The position numbers were made by a program, and so were the translations under genes. A stretch of DNA of 55,152 nt, the filler included, from Sluysia triapertura (taxonomy: Eukaryota): NCBI GenBank assembly GCA_046118255.1. It is 4 parts of 4 records of this genome, joined end to end, with 100 filler letters (N's around TTAATTAATTAA, not from the genome) between each part and the next. Parts side by side here need not be neighbours in the genome. Positions count along the whole stretch, not along the records: positions 11,218 to 23,151 come from JBJNIA010154825.1; positions 23,252 to 35,479 come from JBJNIA010127631.1; 2 more parts are not named here. The stretch is one strand, 5' to 3'. Below, one piece after another: positions 12,457-25,253 of this stretch. The notes under the pieces were generated by a model that was not told where the DNA came from, made no database searches, and saw only the letters and a program-made list of their open reading frames with translations. The first letter of the stretch is position 1. Each line of letters opens with the position of its first letter.

Positions 12457-14449
12457 TATTTCTGTTTCATTAATGTGTGTTTCTTTTTAAATTCATTAAC
12501 AATGTATTTTACCAGCAGTTATTTTTATCATTACCTCAACGAAATCATCAATGATTTTAAAATTGTAAGTTTATGATATTTTTTGTGATTTGTATAATGC
12601 ACGATATAATTCTTAGTACGCTAAACTACGATCAAATTTCATCTTTTCGAAATTACTTGTTTAACAATTGCGATTTTATTAAGTTTGACTAACATTTTTT
12701 CAAATTACACAATATTTTATTCAAAATATGTTATTCCTTTTAGTTTAAAAATAAACGCATATCATCGGGATATGCTTATGTAAAATCTAAAACGAGTATT
12801 TATGTGGTGTGAAAATGTTTGTCGTGCTACATTATTTATTACAGTTTGATCACTATGATTTTTAAATATTATTAAATAATGTACGTTTAATTTTCGCGTA
12901 CGATAGTTATCACATTGAGTTAGTCAAACCTGTTTATGCAGGTAATAGAGACACTATAAAAAACGCATAAAATATGCCGAAACATTGAAAAAAGCTTTAA
13001 AATATTTTGTTTTGGAAGAAAATCGCACAAAAATGATTTAACTCTATAAAAATGGCAGTTACTTTTCAAGTTTAGCTATTTTAGAGAATAATTTATTAAA
13101 ATTCTACTTTTGTTATCTGTTGTCCAATTTTTATCAAAACTATTAATTTCTGTAATATTTTATAATTTCCGTTTGAGTTAACCCTGCTTTCCCATCACCA
13201 CCTTGGTACCAAAATATTTTATTTAAGTAATTTTTAAATTTATTATTTTGTAGTAATTTTCATACCTAATGTATCTTCCGACACCACATAGGCCTACAAT
13301 TTGATATCTTGCGTTCTTATTTAAGTTAATTATAAAACAATAATTAAGTAGACATGTTTATTATGAAAACAACAAATAAGTATTGTATTTATTTAATTAT
13401 TAACAGTTTTTTCTTTCATTCTTTGTAATAATTTTTGGAGAACATTTTTTATTTCTTAGTAATGCAAATTTACGTGCCATGACATAAAATCAAGAGCAGT
13501 ATATAGAGATATTTTGTGCGTGATTTAATGAAAAGAAATAAAACCTTTATTTATAATAATTTAGCTTAAAGTAATTGGCATGTAGTATGGTATTCCAGTT
13601 TCTATTTGACGCATAACATATTCATTTTTATAAATGATTATAATCAAAAGAAATCAATTAGTCAAGACTTATAACACTTATTCGGATAAAACTTATTCGT
13701 GTAAAATTAGAACTTATTATAAAACTTGTAATCTTTTAGTTTATATATATTCGTGTATAAACTTAGTGAATAATGACTTATTTGACTTAAGGAACGATAA
13801 AACTTATGGAATAATCGTTTATAGTCTTTAAAACTTATAGCAATCTATACAATTTATAGTTTAGGATACTTTTGCTTATCAAAACGTAATTGGGTTATCT
13901 TTATAATTTACCTTCTTGTTCAAATGAATATCTTTATTTTATTTTAATGTATGCTTACGTTGCTGGTCCTCGCTCTGGGCACCAGTTATAATATGTGAAA
14001 ATTCAATAAGTTGTTATAATAAAACTTGATTATTATATGTTAAACAATTTCTTTCTAGTTGTAATATGCAAAATTTTTTGTTTTTTGATTATTGCTTTTT
14101 ATACTATGTAAACACTTTTTTTACTAAGTATATTATTCTAAACTGAAATTATTTTATTTTATTATTTTATAAAACTGTTGTGTATTATAAAGTGAGCTCT
14201 CTATGATACTGGACTTACTCACTAAATGGCCAGTACATAGATTTGCAACGTGAAGAAAAGAGATTAAAACTGGAGGTAAATGTATATAATTGGTTTATGT
14301 ATATTTTTAATTAGATATTACAATTATTACTAGTATAATGATAACAAAATTTTTTGAATGACTTTATTAACTACACAAAAGAAAAATATTGATGATACAC
14401 TTATTTAAACGATAATAAAAATTACAAAGTAAATATTAATAATCGAAAA

Positions 14450-14665
14450 TGTAATTAACTACAATAAAATCGAAAGATATTAAAGGATCTATGATAATAT
14501 ATTGATAGTATAATTGATTGTAATAAAATCAAAAGATATTAACAGAATTGTAATTAATAGTACAATTGATTATGATAAAACGAAACAATATTAAAAGGAC
14601 TTTAACGTAAATGTTATTTAATAATGCAGTTGATCATAATCAAACGATATATCAAAAGAGTGTTA
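14450..14665. repeat. Degenerate tandem repeat, about 55-60-bp unit, about 4 copies
   Basis: Recurring AATTGATT-x-TAAAA(T)C-RAAAGATATTAA blocks. Confidence 0.6.
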
Positions 14666-15526
14666 TGTTCAAAAATTTTAATATGAGTTTAAATGACACT
14701 TTTATAAGGTATTAATTTTAGTGAATTAATGTTTATAATTCAAGATATTCAGTTATAAATGAAATTACAATTTAGAACCTTAATTTTAATTTGTATTTAT
14801 AATTCAAAATATTCGATTAATAAAATTTATGATATTAATCTTATCAATTAAGATTATAATAATTTTAAAAAATTAATTTATATTGTATAAAAATTATAGT
14901 AGAAAATTTCTAATTTAATTTAAGTGGAGTTTATGTAATTATTAAAATTATCCTTAAAAATAACAAACTAACGATTATACATAACTTGTTAAATCTGGCT
15001 TTAAAACTTCTTCAAAAATAAAAATAATATTAGTTTTTTCCAAAAATTTGAATTCTAGCTCTAAAATTCTTTATTTGTTTTCTCTCAAAAAATTTAAATT
15101 CTAGTTCTAACAATTAATAATAAATTTATAAATTTCTACCTTATTTATTTGTTTTTTGAACCAATTATATTGTGCTACTTGAATTCATATTAAAACAATT
15201 GATTTAATAATATTAGAACAAGAATTATTCAATAATATCAAAATCGGTATCCTCGTTATTATTTTCAAGTATTAATTATAGTGGTCTTAAATATGCAGTG
15301 CTATAAGAAAATGAATGTGAACTTTTAGGTGTTAATTGTGCTAATGGATAATATGGAATTAAACTATTAGCATAAGTTTAATAATTATACTATTAATAAT
15401 GTGTTTATTTCTGCTGTATAACTTTTATAATGACCTGTAGTAACTAATAAAATATTTATACAATCTACATCTGTCACAATAATATTTGTATCTTCCTAAA
15501 TTCTTATTGTGTTCGTATTTTGGTCA

Positions 15527-15588
<62 letters not shown>

Positions 15589-15909
15589 TATAACTCATAA
15601 CTATTAGAATTTCATTATTTTAAAAATTATAACTTACATGCTTATGTAATTACTTTATTAATTTCGTCCTAAATATTTCAACTTTTTCCGTCCTACAAAG
15701 TTTTATTACTGCAATTGTTTTCGACTGCCACTTTGTTAATTTTTTAATGAGTACAAGTATCATTACTACAAAGACTTTGAAAATTTAAATTGATTTGTGA
15801 GATTATACAAAGATTTTAATCTTCAAATCCTTTAAACAATAAAAAATATCTGTTCATCCGCTATATATCAAACAAACAATAAAAAAATAAAATAAATTTA
15901 TTTGTTTCT

Positions 15910-17144
15910 TAGTACAAATTCTCTGTGGATAACATGGTATCATCGATGGATCCGAACAACATTATGTACTAGAGTGTGGCTTCCACTACCGCTAGAATTG
16001 CTTTATATTCTTTGAGATTTTAATAAGAGAGTCCATTATATATGAATAAAAATTGATTTGTCTTATGCGATTCAAAATGCGATTGATTTCCTTCCTGATT
16101 TTGGCTAATTGAATTTACGATATCTGAAAATAAATAAAGTTAAATAATAAGAATAAAATACTTGCATTCCATAGTGTGAAAAGCCCATAAAATATTGTAA
16201 ATACTGTTATAAAGGATTTAAAATAAACCCATTTTAAATAAAATTAATTTACAATACCTAAAATATATAAAAATTCACTTTATTAAATATCTAAATATTA
16301 ACTTTACAATAGAATCCGTTTCACGGAGATCATCGAAGTTGTGTTGGATTTTATAATCTTCATCGTCACGATATTGTGTGAAGTTGTGATGATATTCATT
16401 GTATTGTTTAAGAAAATTTTTGACACTATTACTCTCTTTGATGTTGTCATCATAATCATTGTCTTTATCACGTTCGCCATACTCATTGTTGTCTTCAACA
16501 TGTTTGGGGTAGTTGTGACCATCTTTAACCTTATATTTGTCGTCTTGATAGTAATCATCACTGTTGACATAGTTTCTAACTTTAAAACTAATGTTTTTGT
16601 AATCATCGTTATCATATCTTTTAACTTTAAGATCAAAGAATTTATAATCATCATTGTCATATCTTTTAACAAAAAAATCAAAGTATTTATAATCATCGTT
16701 ATCACATCCTTTAACTGAATGATTCTGAATGAAATCGTTACTCACTTCGCAATAGCTTACGCAATTATTATCATTTTTGAAATGGTCGAAAGAATAGCCA
16801 TCATTTACATCATGATTTTTATTGACCTTGTAACTGTTAACAGTTTCGCCATTACTTGCTTGATATTTGAAATGATTGTTATTAATTCTATCTTTAACAT
16901 ACTTGAAATAGTTGTGATAGTCTCTAGAACTAAAAGAAAACTCGTTATTGTTACAAACTTAAAAACTGTCATATTGACTTTTACCGTAGAGGTTAGCATC
17001 TTCAATTTCATAATAATAAATATTGTAAGTGATGACTTTGCTAATATATTCTTTACCATCCTTGTTGTTTTTATAACAGTGTTTAACATCAACTTCATCC
17101 TCGTAAACATAGTTATCATAATACAGTGCCTTGTGATATAACAT
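15910..17144 (-). pseudogene. Module-2 cargo gene: D/N/Y/K-rich repeat protein, paralogue of the module-4 cargo, with short 3' introns
   Basis: ORFs 16959-17144 and 16275-16745 are in the same frame and separated only by one TAA (16959-61); the interval translates open. The 14-aa repeat KRYDNDDYKYFDxxV is shared with 45078-45662. Short GT..AG introns follow, and a last exon starts near 16124 (DIVNSISQNQEGNQSHFESHKT) and contains stops. Confidence 0.65.
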
Positions 17145-17299
17145 TTTAGGATTAGTAATAATTAATTGTACTAAAAATCGTTAATTGTTGTTCGTCTCAT
17201 TTATTATGTTGTTTTCATTCCCAAATGAGAAATTATAATTGTGAAATTTTTATAAAAACTTTTTTGTATTACAATTGGTTGTCAAATTTTTCGTATCAC

Positions 17300-17539
17300 G
17301 ATTGGATTGGCTGTCCAACAAAAAATGATTTTGAGATTTTTAATACTACTACTAATTTGATTGAACAGCCAATAATCTATTAATCAACTGTGATGACTAC
17401 CATCATCAACAGTGACATAAAATTATAGTTGTATAGCAAAAATGTCGCTGTTGATGATGGCAGTAACTCAGTTGATTGAGAACTGCTTAATTACATTTTT
17501 ATTTCGATCAATTTATGTTAAAAATGATGATAATAACAG

Positions 17540-17598
<59 letters not shown>

Positions 17599-17787
17599 CA
17601 TTAATCAAGAAAATTGAATAAAGTCTTTGTTTAGTTCTTTAACATAACCTTTTCTTTGATTTTCTTGATTTTCTGCACATATTTTGAATAATATAAGCTT
17701 AGAATCTTTAATTTACTTCTTTTGAATTAGTTCGATGCTAAGAGAATAGAATTGATAAATTATATAAAAATTAATATTAGAATGTTG

Positions 17788-17834
<47 letters not shown>

Positions 17835-18615
17835 TGTTATTATTATTATTGTTGTTGTTGTTGTTGTAGATAAACGCATAAAATCTTTGAATGCTTGCAA
17901 GATCTTACTTTTATCTTTATATATCGCCATCTAAATTGTAGAAATGAAGAGAACTTTCGGCTTCGTGAATTTATAGGGGTGAAGCTTTTCTTTGTGATTT
18001 TACGTACTTCTTTTGCTGTTTTAAGTAATTTTGTATGATTGTTTCTGATATTTTAACTGAAATAATTTTTTGGCTGAAATGTTATTGAAGTGCAGGTAAT
18101 TATGAACTAAATACTTGGAATAATGTAGACGTTAAAGTGAGTGATATGGTGTTGGGCTATTAAGATTAAGTAGTATCGAACGTAGATTTATGGTGTTTAA
18201 TTTATTGTGGAAGTATTTGTTGATTGATTATGAATATGGATGTGATTAAATTGTTTGAGATGAAAGGATGTAAAGATAAAGATATTTTGAATGAATTTTT
18301 AGTGTGTTTTGATAGTTTAAGTTGTGAGGATAAATGTTCTTAATGTGAATTGATGGTATATTTTATTAAGAATTGATAGACTTTAGGTGTTTTGAAAAGT
18401 GAAAATTTGTTTTTGTAGATTTGAGAGAAATAAGATATAAAAATAATTGTGATGAATTTTACAAGGTTGTGGTATATTGTTAAAGGATATAATTTTGGTT
18501 ATGATGCATTAGTTTTCACAAGATTTTTTAAAAAAATATGTAATGTATATTTTAAAGATTTGTGAAATTTTGATATGTTTAAGGTGAGATTTTAGTTATT
18601 AAGTTGGCCACCACA
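17300..18615 (+). repeat. Dispersed module copy 2 (microsatellite/box segment duplicated)
   Basis: Hairpin 1 at 17306-17373, hairpin 2 at 17382-17477, (TAT)n at 17545-17600 and (TAA)n/(TTG)n at 17789-17866, AAACGCATAAA at 17872, G/T body, end AGTTGGCCACCACA at 18602-18615. Confidence 0.85.
17382..17477. ncRNA. Hairpin 2 of module 2, pri-miRNA-like geometry
   Basis: Upper stem CTACCATCATCAACAGTGACAT (17397-17418) / ATGTCGCTGTTGATGATGGCAG (17442-17463), plus lower stem AATCAACTG / CAGTTGATT. Confidence 0.45.
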
Positions 18616-19682
18616 CAGGTATTAATAAAATAAGAAAAATAATCTCAAAAGTGAATACGAATAGACGCAAGCAAATACGAACTAGCAAGTCTGATATAAA
18701 TATGAAAATGAATATGAAAAATAATACATTGAAAATATATTACCAAAATCATATGTACTTTTATAAAGAGACAACTGGCTACACAACCACAGTATAAAAC
18801 AGAATTTGTGGAATTGAATTGGTTAGAAAGGATAATAATAATTATAGAGAAGCAGATTATTGTAAAGATGATGCAATAGAATTTAAAGGAGGAAAACAAT
18901 AAAAATAAAAGACCGCTATTCAGTGCCTTACCAGAACTTGAACTGACTTCGATGAAATTATTGAAAAGGAAGATATAGTTATTATAACATTTTTAACGGA
19001 ATATTGAAATAATTATATTCGAAAAATGACTATTAACAGTAATAATTAATGAAAAATGAGATAAGTAAATTTTCTAAAATAATTCACTAGATCATGATAA
19101 ATTATTAACACGTGATAATCTCAAATTTTATTATTGTTAATGTTATTTATGTGATTAACAACATATGTTATACAATATGAATTATTGAAAGTTAGATATT
19201 TCGATATATTCAACTTTATCGAAAGTAACAAATACAGTTTTCTAATTTTACAACATGTATCATTTAATATAAAATGTCACATTATAGGAAAAGAGAAAGA
19301 GAAAATACGGACTGTAGTGTCGCAACTATACACATCATTTTTGTTGTTAAACACACCCATTAATAAACATAAACATAAGTATAAATATAATTCACTTCAT
19401 CCATCTCATAACATGATCATATTTTACTCGACTTATAAATTAATTTATTTATAAATTAATTATTGTTGTTCTTGTTTGTTGTGGTCGTAAGGTGTTTATA
19501 AAATTTAAAATTATTGTCTTCATTAATACAAAATTTACAATAAATCTTTTATTTGCAATTTTATAAACATTTACTTTAAAATAAAAATTCAAATCTTGAT
19601 TCAAAAATTTTAAATTAAAAATGTCAAAATTAAATACACTAAAAGTTTTATTTAATATAAAATTTTCTAATTTAGGATTATG

Positions 19683-21126
19683 TCATAAATATCTAATATC
19701 TTTATTGTCTGATGTCCTTACTTCCCTACCTAAAGTAAAAACAATAGTTATGTTATCACTATAATAAAAATAAATAAAATTTACATTTATAAAGTCACTA
19801 AGGTTGGCATTATTCGACTGAACAGGAGCGCTAACCGATCGCATTAAACTTGTGAGTCTGGAAAAATGGTCCAAGTTATCTTGATGTAAATATGGATCCG
19901 TCATTTGACCAATAGTGTGAACATGTAGACAATTTCTTGGAGAAATCGCTTCCATAAGGACATAATACTATTCCAATACGCCGATTAGAAATTGGTATAC
20001 GTTTGATTGTATTATAATAGAGGTACATTTGACTAGGAGAATTACTTTCCGATTGCGCGTTACGTTCGCATGATTTGTAGTAAGAACTGTGAGAAAGATT
20101 CTCGTTTTTCACTTTACTTTTTGATATATCATAATTTTGTGACATTGATTGGCAATGTTTTGTATTGATTATAGACTTAAATATCATCCTTTATCTCTTC
20201 CATAGTGTTGACAAGAATTAGAGATTGAAACTATACTCATCATCACTGATTATAATAGATTGCACATTCTTAGACTCATAATCAATATTAAGATCTTTGA
20301 ACGCGTAAGTGGAACTCTTGCTCAAATACAAGTCAACTAAATTTAACAAATCTATTAGAATATTCAATTGTAGCTTACCAAAACATCTATTTTACAAATT
20401 TGACTGTGCTAATATCTCATATCTATATTTGCAAGAGAATAATGACTTATCGTACCATGGGCATGATAATTGTTAGTTTCAACTCCAAATCTAAAAGATT
20501 TGTGTTCATCAAAATCCATCCGCTTTATTTCTTGACTGGACCTAATTTATGTTTGTTTTTACATGAGACTACATAACCAACACCACAATTGGTTTCTATT
20601 CTATATTCATGGTGTTTAAATGCTATTATGAAACCATGAAACTTTTCTTCGATCTTGTATTTTTATTCACTATTTCTGTACTTTTCGATCACACTGTTCT
20701 GTGTCTGAGTAACACATATTTGAAGTTTTTATTTTTACATTGGTACCTTATTATTTTACATTCTGTTTCTTTTTTAGCAATTACATTAGTCTGGCGTTTA
20801 GTACAAGTAAAAATATTGTTATGTTCAGTACTGACATGATGATGATCTTTTTTAATTGTTTGTAAAGGAAGTATATACTTTAAATTCTTTTTATCAACAG
20901 CTTTATGATTAATGACATGATCATATTCGGAAATTGAATTTAATAGCTTTATTTCAAATGTATTTATCTCGTTATCGTTTAAAATTAATATATCTTCACT
21001 AATAAGTTCGCATTGAAAATTTTGAGTCATTACTTTAAATTCATCATGGAAATTTTTAGTAATAACTTTTTGAAAATTCATTATCTTTTTTGTGTTGTCA
21101 CATAAAAATTTTGAGAGTATTATCAC
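19683..21126 (-). pseudogene. Module-3 cargo gene: decayed protein with two CCCH-type zinc-finger remnants
   Basis: Chain of broken ORFs (20689-21126, 19876-20187, 19683-19955). Finger 1 is CPWYDKSLFSCKYRY..(shift)RY*HSQI at 20406-20463. Finger 2 is LCPYGSD..(shift)RNCLHVHTIGQMTDPY at about 19890-19965. Confidence 0.6.
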
Positions 21127-21189
21127 TACAAAAATTTCTTAGTTATGAAATAAATTTGAATAATAATAAAAGTAATGTTTTAGTTTGTC

Positions 21190-22580
21190 TGGATTGGTTG
21201 TCCAACCAGAGATATAAAAATAATAAGGAGAATCACTTTGGTTGGACAACCAGTAATAATCGCCAAAACAATTTAAGTGACAGTTGAAGCTACTATCATT
21301 GTTGATGAGAATTTATACATGGTGACCAAAAATGTACAAATAAAATTTAAAAATTAAAAATGATAAATATAAAATGATAATAATAATAATAATAATTTAA
21401 TGTTATTATTATTATTAAAACTGCATAAATTCTTTCTTTGTCTTGAAAAATATGATCTTACTTTTGATTCTTTTCTTTCTCAACATGTTCAACTTATATA
21501 AACAGACGAGCCTTAAAGAATTGTGAGTTCATGATGTTTCAGCTAAATGTTATTTAATTTGGATAAGGTTTTAAGGTGTAATAGTGATGCTAACGTTTTA
21601 AGATAATGCGTAAAGCGTTTAAATATAAATTTAACTGCTGCTTTCCGGTTTTAAGTGAAGATAAATTTAGGTTTTCGTTATTTTGAAGTAATGTAAATGT
21701 TTTATGTGGATATTAAAATACATCTTGATGTTTTGAAATGAAATAATGTTTTTGGCTGAAGATGAACTTGAGTATTAAAAGGTAATCATTTAAATATCTT
21801 GAAATAGTATAAATATTTAAAATGGATTTTAAATGTACATTGGTTTTTTGCATGAAAGTAATGTTTAGCTCTTCGGAGGTGTGACTTAAAATGCATTAGG
21901 AAGAGTATAGTTTAATGAATGAAAAGAAGATAGCTTTTAGTATGTTCAAAAAGATGATTGTTCTGTGTTGAAAATATGATTTATTTTCTTGCTATTTGTT
22001 AGGTGATCTTGCCTTTTGTGATGTTAGGCATTAAATGATAACAGATCATGAATTTAGGATACATGAATTGATTTGGGAGTATCTGGTAGTTGATTTCGAA
22101 TGTGGTTGTGGTTGGATTGTTATGACATGACGAATCAAATATTTTTGATGAATTTTTTAATGTAATTTGATGGTTTTGAATGTCGTTGTGGTTTGTATGT
22201 TATGAGATTGTAGATTTAAAATGTTTTGAAAAATGAGAGTTGATTTTGGTGGATCTGCAAAGGAATAAGATATAGGAACAGTTTTGACGAATTCTACAAG
22301 GTAGTTGTGTGTTGTTGAAAAGGATAGGATTTTGGTTATTTTTGTATTGAACTGCGAATTTAAAAATGTGAGTTGTAGGTTTTGTGAGTAAGTGTTATAT
22401 TGAAACATATGATTTTGATTATGTTGACATAGGGTTGTGTAAAAAAAGTTTTTAATAAATTTTTGAAAATGTATATTGTATATTTTGAAGGTGTGTGGTT
22501 TTATAATTTTTTGAAAGAAAATTTTTAATAAAATTTGTTGATACCGATATGTGGTTTCAATGAAAAAGCCTACTATCACA
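21190..22580 (+). repeat. Dispersed module copy 3 (hairpin 2 mostly deleted, terminus degenerate)
   Basis: Hairpin 1 ATTGGTTGTCCAACCAGAG (21193-21211) / CTTTGGTTGGACAACCAGT (21236-21254); (TAA)n; AAACTGCATAAATT at 21418; GATCTTACTTTT at 21454. The body aligns by eye to copies 2 and 4. Confidence 0.85.
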
Positions 22581-22671
22581 ATTGAAATTTAAATCTGTAT
22601 CAATGCGATCCAAGGGCTTGTTTACAGGATTTTTATAAAAGAATCTTGTTAAAGTAAAATATAATATAGTA

Positions 22672-22741
22672 CAGCGATGGCGAACCTTTTTGACAAGTGG
22701 GTCACTTGAAATCGTTGCGTGGGTCATAGGTTCGCCATCAC
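22672..22741. mobile_element. 70-bp hAT (Buster-type) mini-element with two facing TIRs
   Basis: CAGCGATGGCGAACCT ... AGGTTCGCCATCAC, with internal GTGGGTCA twice; no 8-bp TSD visible. Confidence 0.7.
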
Positions 22742-23151
22742 CTTCCCAGAGTATTGAGATTCAATTTCATCTAATAATTTGGCAAATTCTTGCTTATTTA
22801 GAGCCCTTGCATTTATAAAATTAACAATTTTTGTTACAACGGGCATTACGTTGGAAAATGTTTTCAATCCTTGTTTTGCACATAAGACTTCTTGGTGAAT
22901 GAGGCAGTGAAATTCAATTAAAGAATGTTGGACACTTTGTTTAAGTTGTTGAATAAATCCAATATTTTTGCCTATCATGCAAGGAGCACCATCAGTTGTT
23001 ACAGAAACAATTTTCTGTAAATCAATATTCATTTTCGTAAATGTATCAGCGAATTCTTTGAAAACATCCAGACCAGTAGTCCTTCCCGTCAGTGTTATTA
23101 ATTTGACCAATTCTTCTCTCATTATACTTCCTGATTTATATCTGGCAAAAA
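22742..23151 (-). mobile_element. hAT transposase fragment (Buster/SPIN, GTF2IRD2-like)
   Basis: Motifs TTG.D.F, SVTTDGAPCMIG and HCLIHQEVLC. Cut by the assembly gap on one side and by the mini-element after ...IESQYSG on the other. Confidence 0.92.
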
Positions 23152-23251
23152 NNNNNNNNNNNNNNNNNNNNNNNNNNNNNNNNNNNNNNNNNNNNTTAAT
23201 TAATTAANNNNNNNNNNNNNNNNNNNNNNNNNNNNNNNNNNNNNNNNNNNN
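23152..23251. other. Assembly gap with artificial linker
   Basis: N44-TTAATTAATTAA-N44. Confidence 0.97.
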
Positions 23252-23924
23252 GTGAATAGAATATGAGATGATTGCTATGAAAGAGGAGAATCTATAAGTG
23301 AGTTCGAAATGTTTGTAAAATGCTTCGTTTGAGAATAAGAACCTTAAAACATTTTTCATCAATAAATTGGGTGTGGATAAATAGAAAATTAATTAAAAAA
23401 TAGAAAGTGAAATTAAATTCATTATTTTTATGCATGTTAACAATATTGCTTATTGTTATTTTAATGTGAGAAGTAATTTAAGTAAAAATAGATTGAGTAG
23501 AGGAAAAATAAATGACGGTTGATCAAAAATCAGATTTCTATGTTTTTTACCTAATAAAGTTTGACAGACCGTACCATATAATTGTCAGAGTTGTTGTTGT
23601 CGGTCTGATTCTCAGAGGTTTGGATGATTTTTGTGAGTGAGTGTTTGGTTGTGAGACTGGGAATTGATTGGATGACGAGAAAGCATAAAATAAAGATTTC
23701 TAAATTTTTAACACACAATAACAACAATAACGACAATTATGTATTTATTCAATGAAGATGCATGCATAGAGTAAAGTTTTTAATTTTTTTATTCATTTAT
23801 TTATACATTATTTTGTCAAAATAATATAAATAATTAATTTTATTTTAATTTGAATAATTTTAATATAAGTTAATAGCGTGTTATTCTTAGGTAATTTTTA
23901 TCTGTTACTAAAATAATTTTCAAA

Positions 23925-24091
23925 GAGACTCCCTATGCAATTTTTGTTAAGAGTATATTTGATTTTTAGTTATTTTTAAGGTAGTTAATTGAGAAACAAT
24001 TTACGTAATTTTTGTTGAAGATTATATTTAAATTGTATTTGATTTTCAGCTATTTTTAAGGTGAATTGAGTAGAAACTCCCTACGCAAATT
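23925..24091. repeat. Degenerate tandem repeat, about 70-80-bp unit
   Basis: GARACTCCCTAYGCAA and TATTTGATTTTYAGYTATTTTTAAGGT each recur. Confidence 0.65.
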
Positions 24092-25253
24092 ATTCTATCA
24101 AAATATTAAGTATCTTATCGTTAGAAATTACTGTTAAGTTTTTCCTTAAAGTTATTGTTACCAAAGAATTTTATTGTAATCGTAATCACTATTTGTTACG
24201 TTGACAAAAATATTTAAATAACATAATTTTCTAGATATTGATATTGTTAGTGTCTTTTGCGTCAATCCTAGTTGTTTAGTCTTAATTAGATTGTAATATC
24301 TTTGATTTTATTACAAACGCTATTATTAGTTTTGTCGTTTTAGTTGTTCTCAGTATTTAGTAAAGATTCTTATTGATAATAAATTAAATTACGATTTTTG
24401 GTTAATAGTACATTATTGTCTTAGTTTTGATTTAATTTTTAAGGACTTAAATTTGGTGTATAGTTATTAATATTATAAAAGAAGATTACTGCAAAAATTA
24501 TACTTGACATACTGACTATTTAAATTATTAAGGTTCCTTTAAGCTAATCAAGTTAATATTGAGTTGTAATAACTAATAATTTTAAAGACGCAACAAATAT
24601 TCTTTGCCATTTTTAATAATTTCCTTAATTTTTGAATTTTTCGTTTGTAAATAAATATATGCCACTAATTTTCATTTAATTTTTTATTTGACACGTTTGC
24701 TTATTTCTAAAAGTTTCAATTATTATTTATTATTATTATTTTTATTATTAATGGATATTGACTTGACGCAGAGTTTCACTTATATGTGATACATACTCTG
24801 GACGATGAGTTGGTAAATTATTTTTATGCGACTTCATTCTTAAGAACCCAAATAAAAGGTATTTTAAAATTTCTAAGAACTGAATGTCTTTGTGGATGCA
24901 TTATAGATTTTTGAGGGTTTTCAACAGCTCTACGTTGTTCTTAAAAATATTAAAATAATTCTAGAAATATGACATTTCTTATCTTTATCTACAACTTTAA
25001 CTTAACTGTTATTATTTCGTATTTAATATGAGATTTAAGGCGTATATATTATTGAATGCTGCGAATGCCTAAGCTTACATTTGATGGATTAAAATAAATA
25101 TATTTAGCAAAAAACTGAATCAAATTATTATTTCAAAATCGACTAAAAACAACATGAATTACGAAATTAATATAAATAATGTGACGAAAATGATAAACAG
25201 TTTTCTAAACAGTTTTCTAACAAGAAGTCAATAAATTCAAGTAAATTAACTCA

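Noticed and set aside
16959-16961. Stop-codon reassignment as the explanation for in-frame stops
   Set aside because: The same genes also have frameshifts, all three stop codons interrupt ORFs, and the intact lectin ends normally in TAA.
16304-17141. Overlapping I/V/M/T-rich ORFs on both strands (also 45336-45668)
   Set aside because: Shadow frames of the D/N/Y/K coding repeats; not independent genes.
17752-17934. Poly-Ile/Val or poly-Tyr ORFs (also 32472-32669, 45960-46166)
   Set aside because: Translations of TAA/TTA/TTG microsatellites.
22157-22579. 140-aa ORF in the module-3 body as the element's own protein
   Set aside because: The frame is not preserved in homologous bodies of copies 1, 2 and 4, the G-poor strand has fewer TAG/TGA stops by composition, and there are no recognisable motifs.
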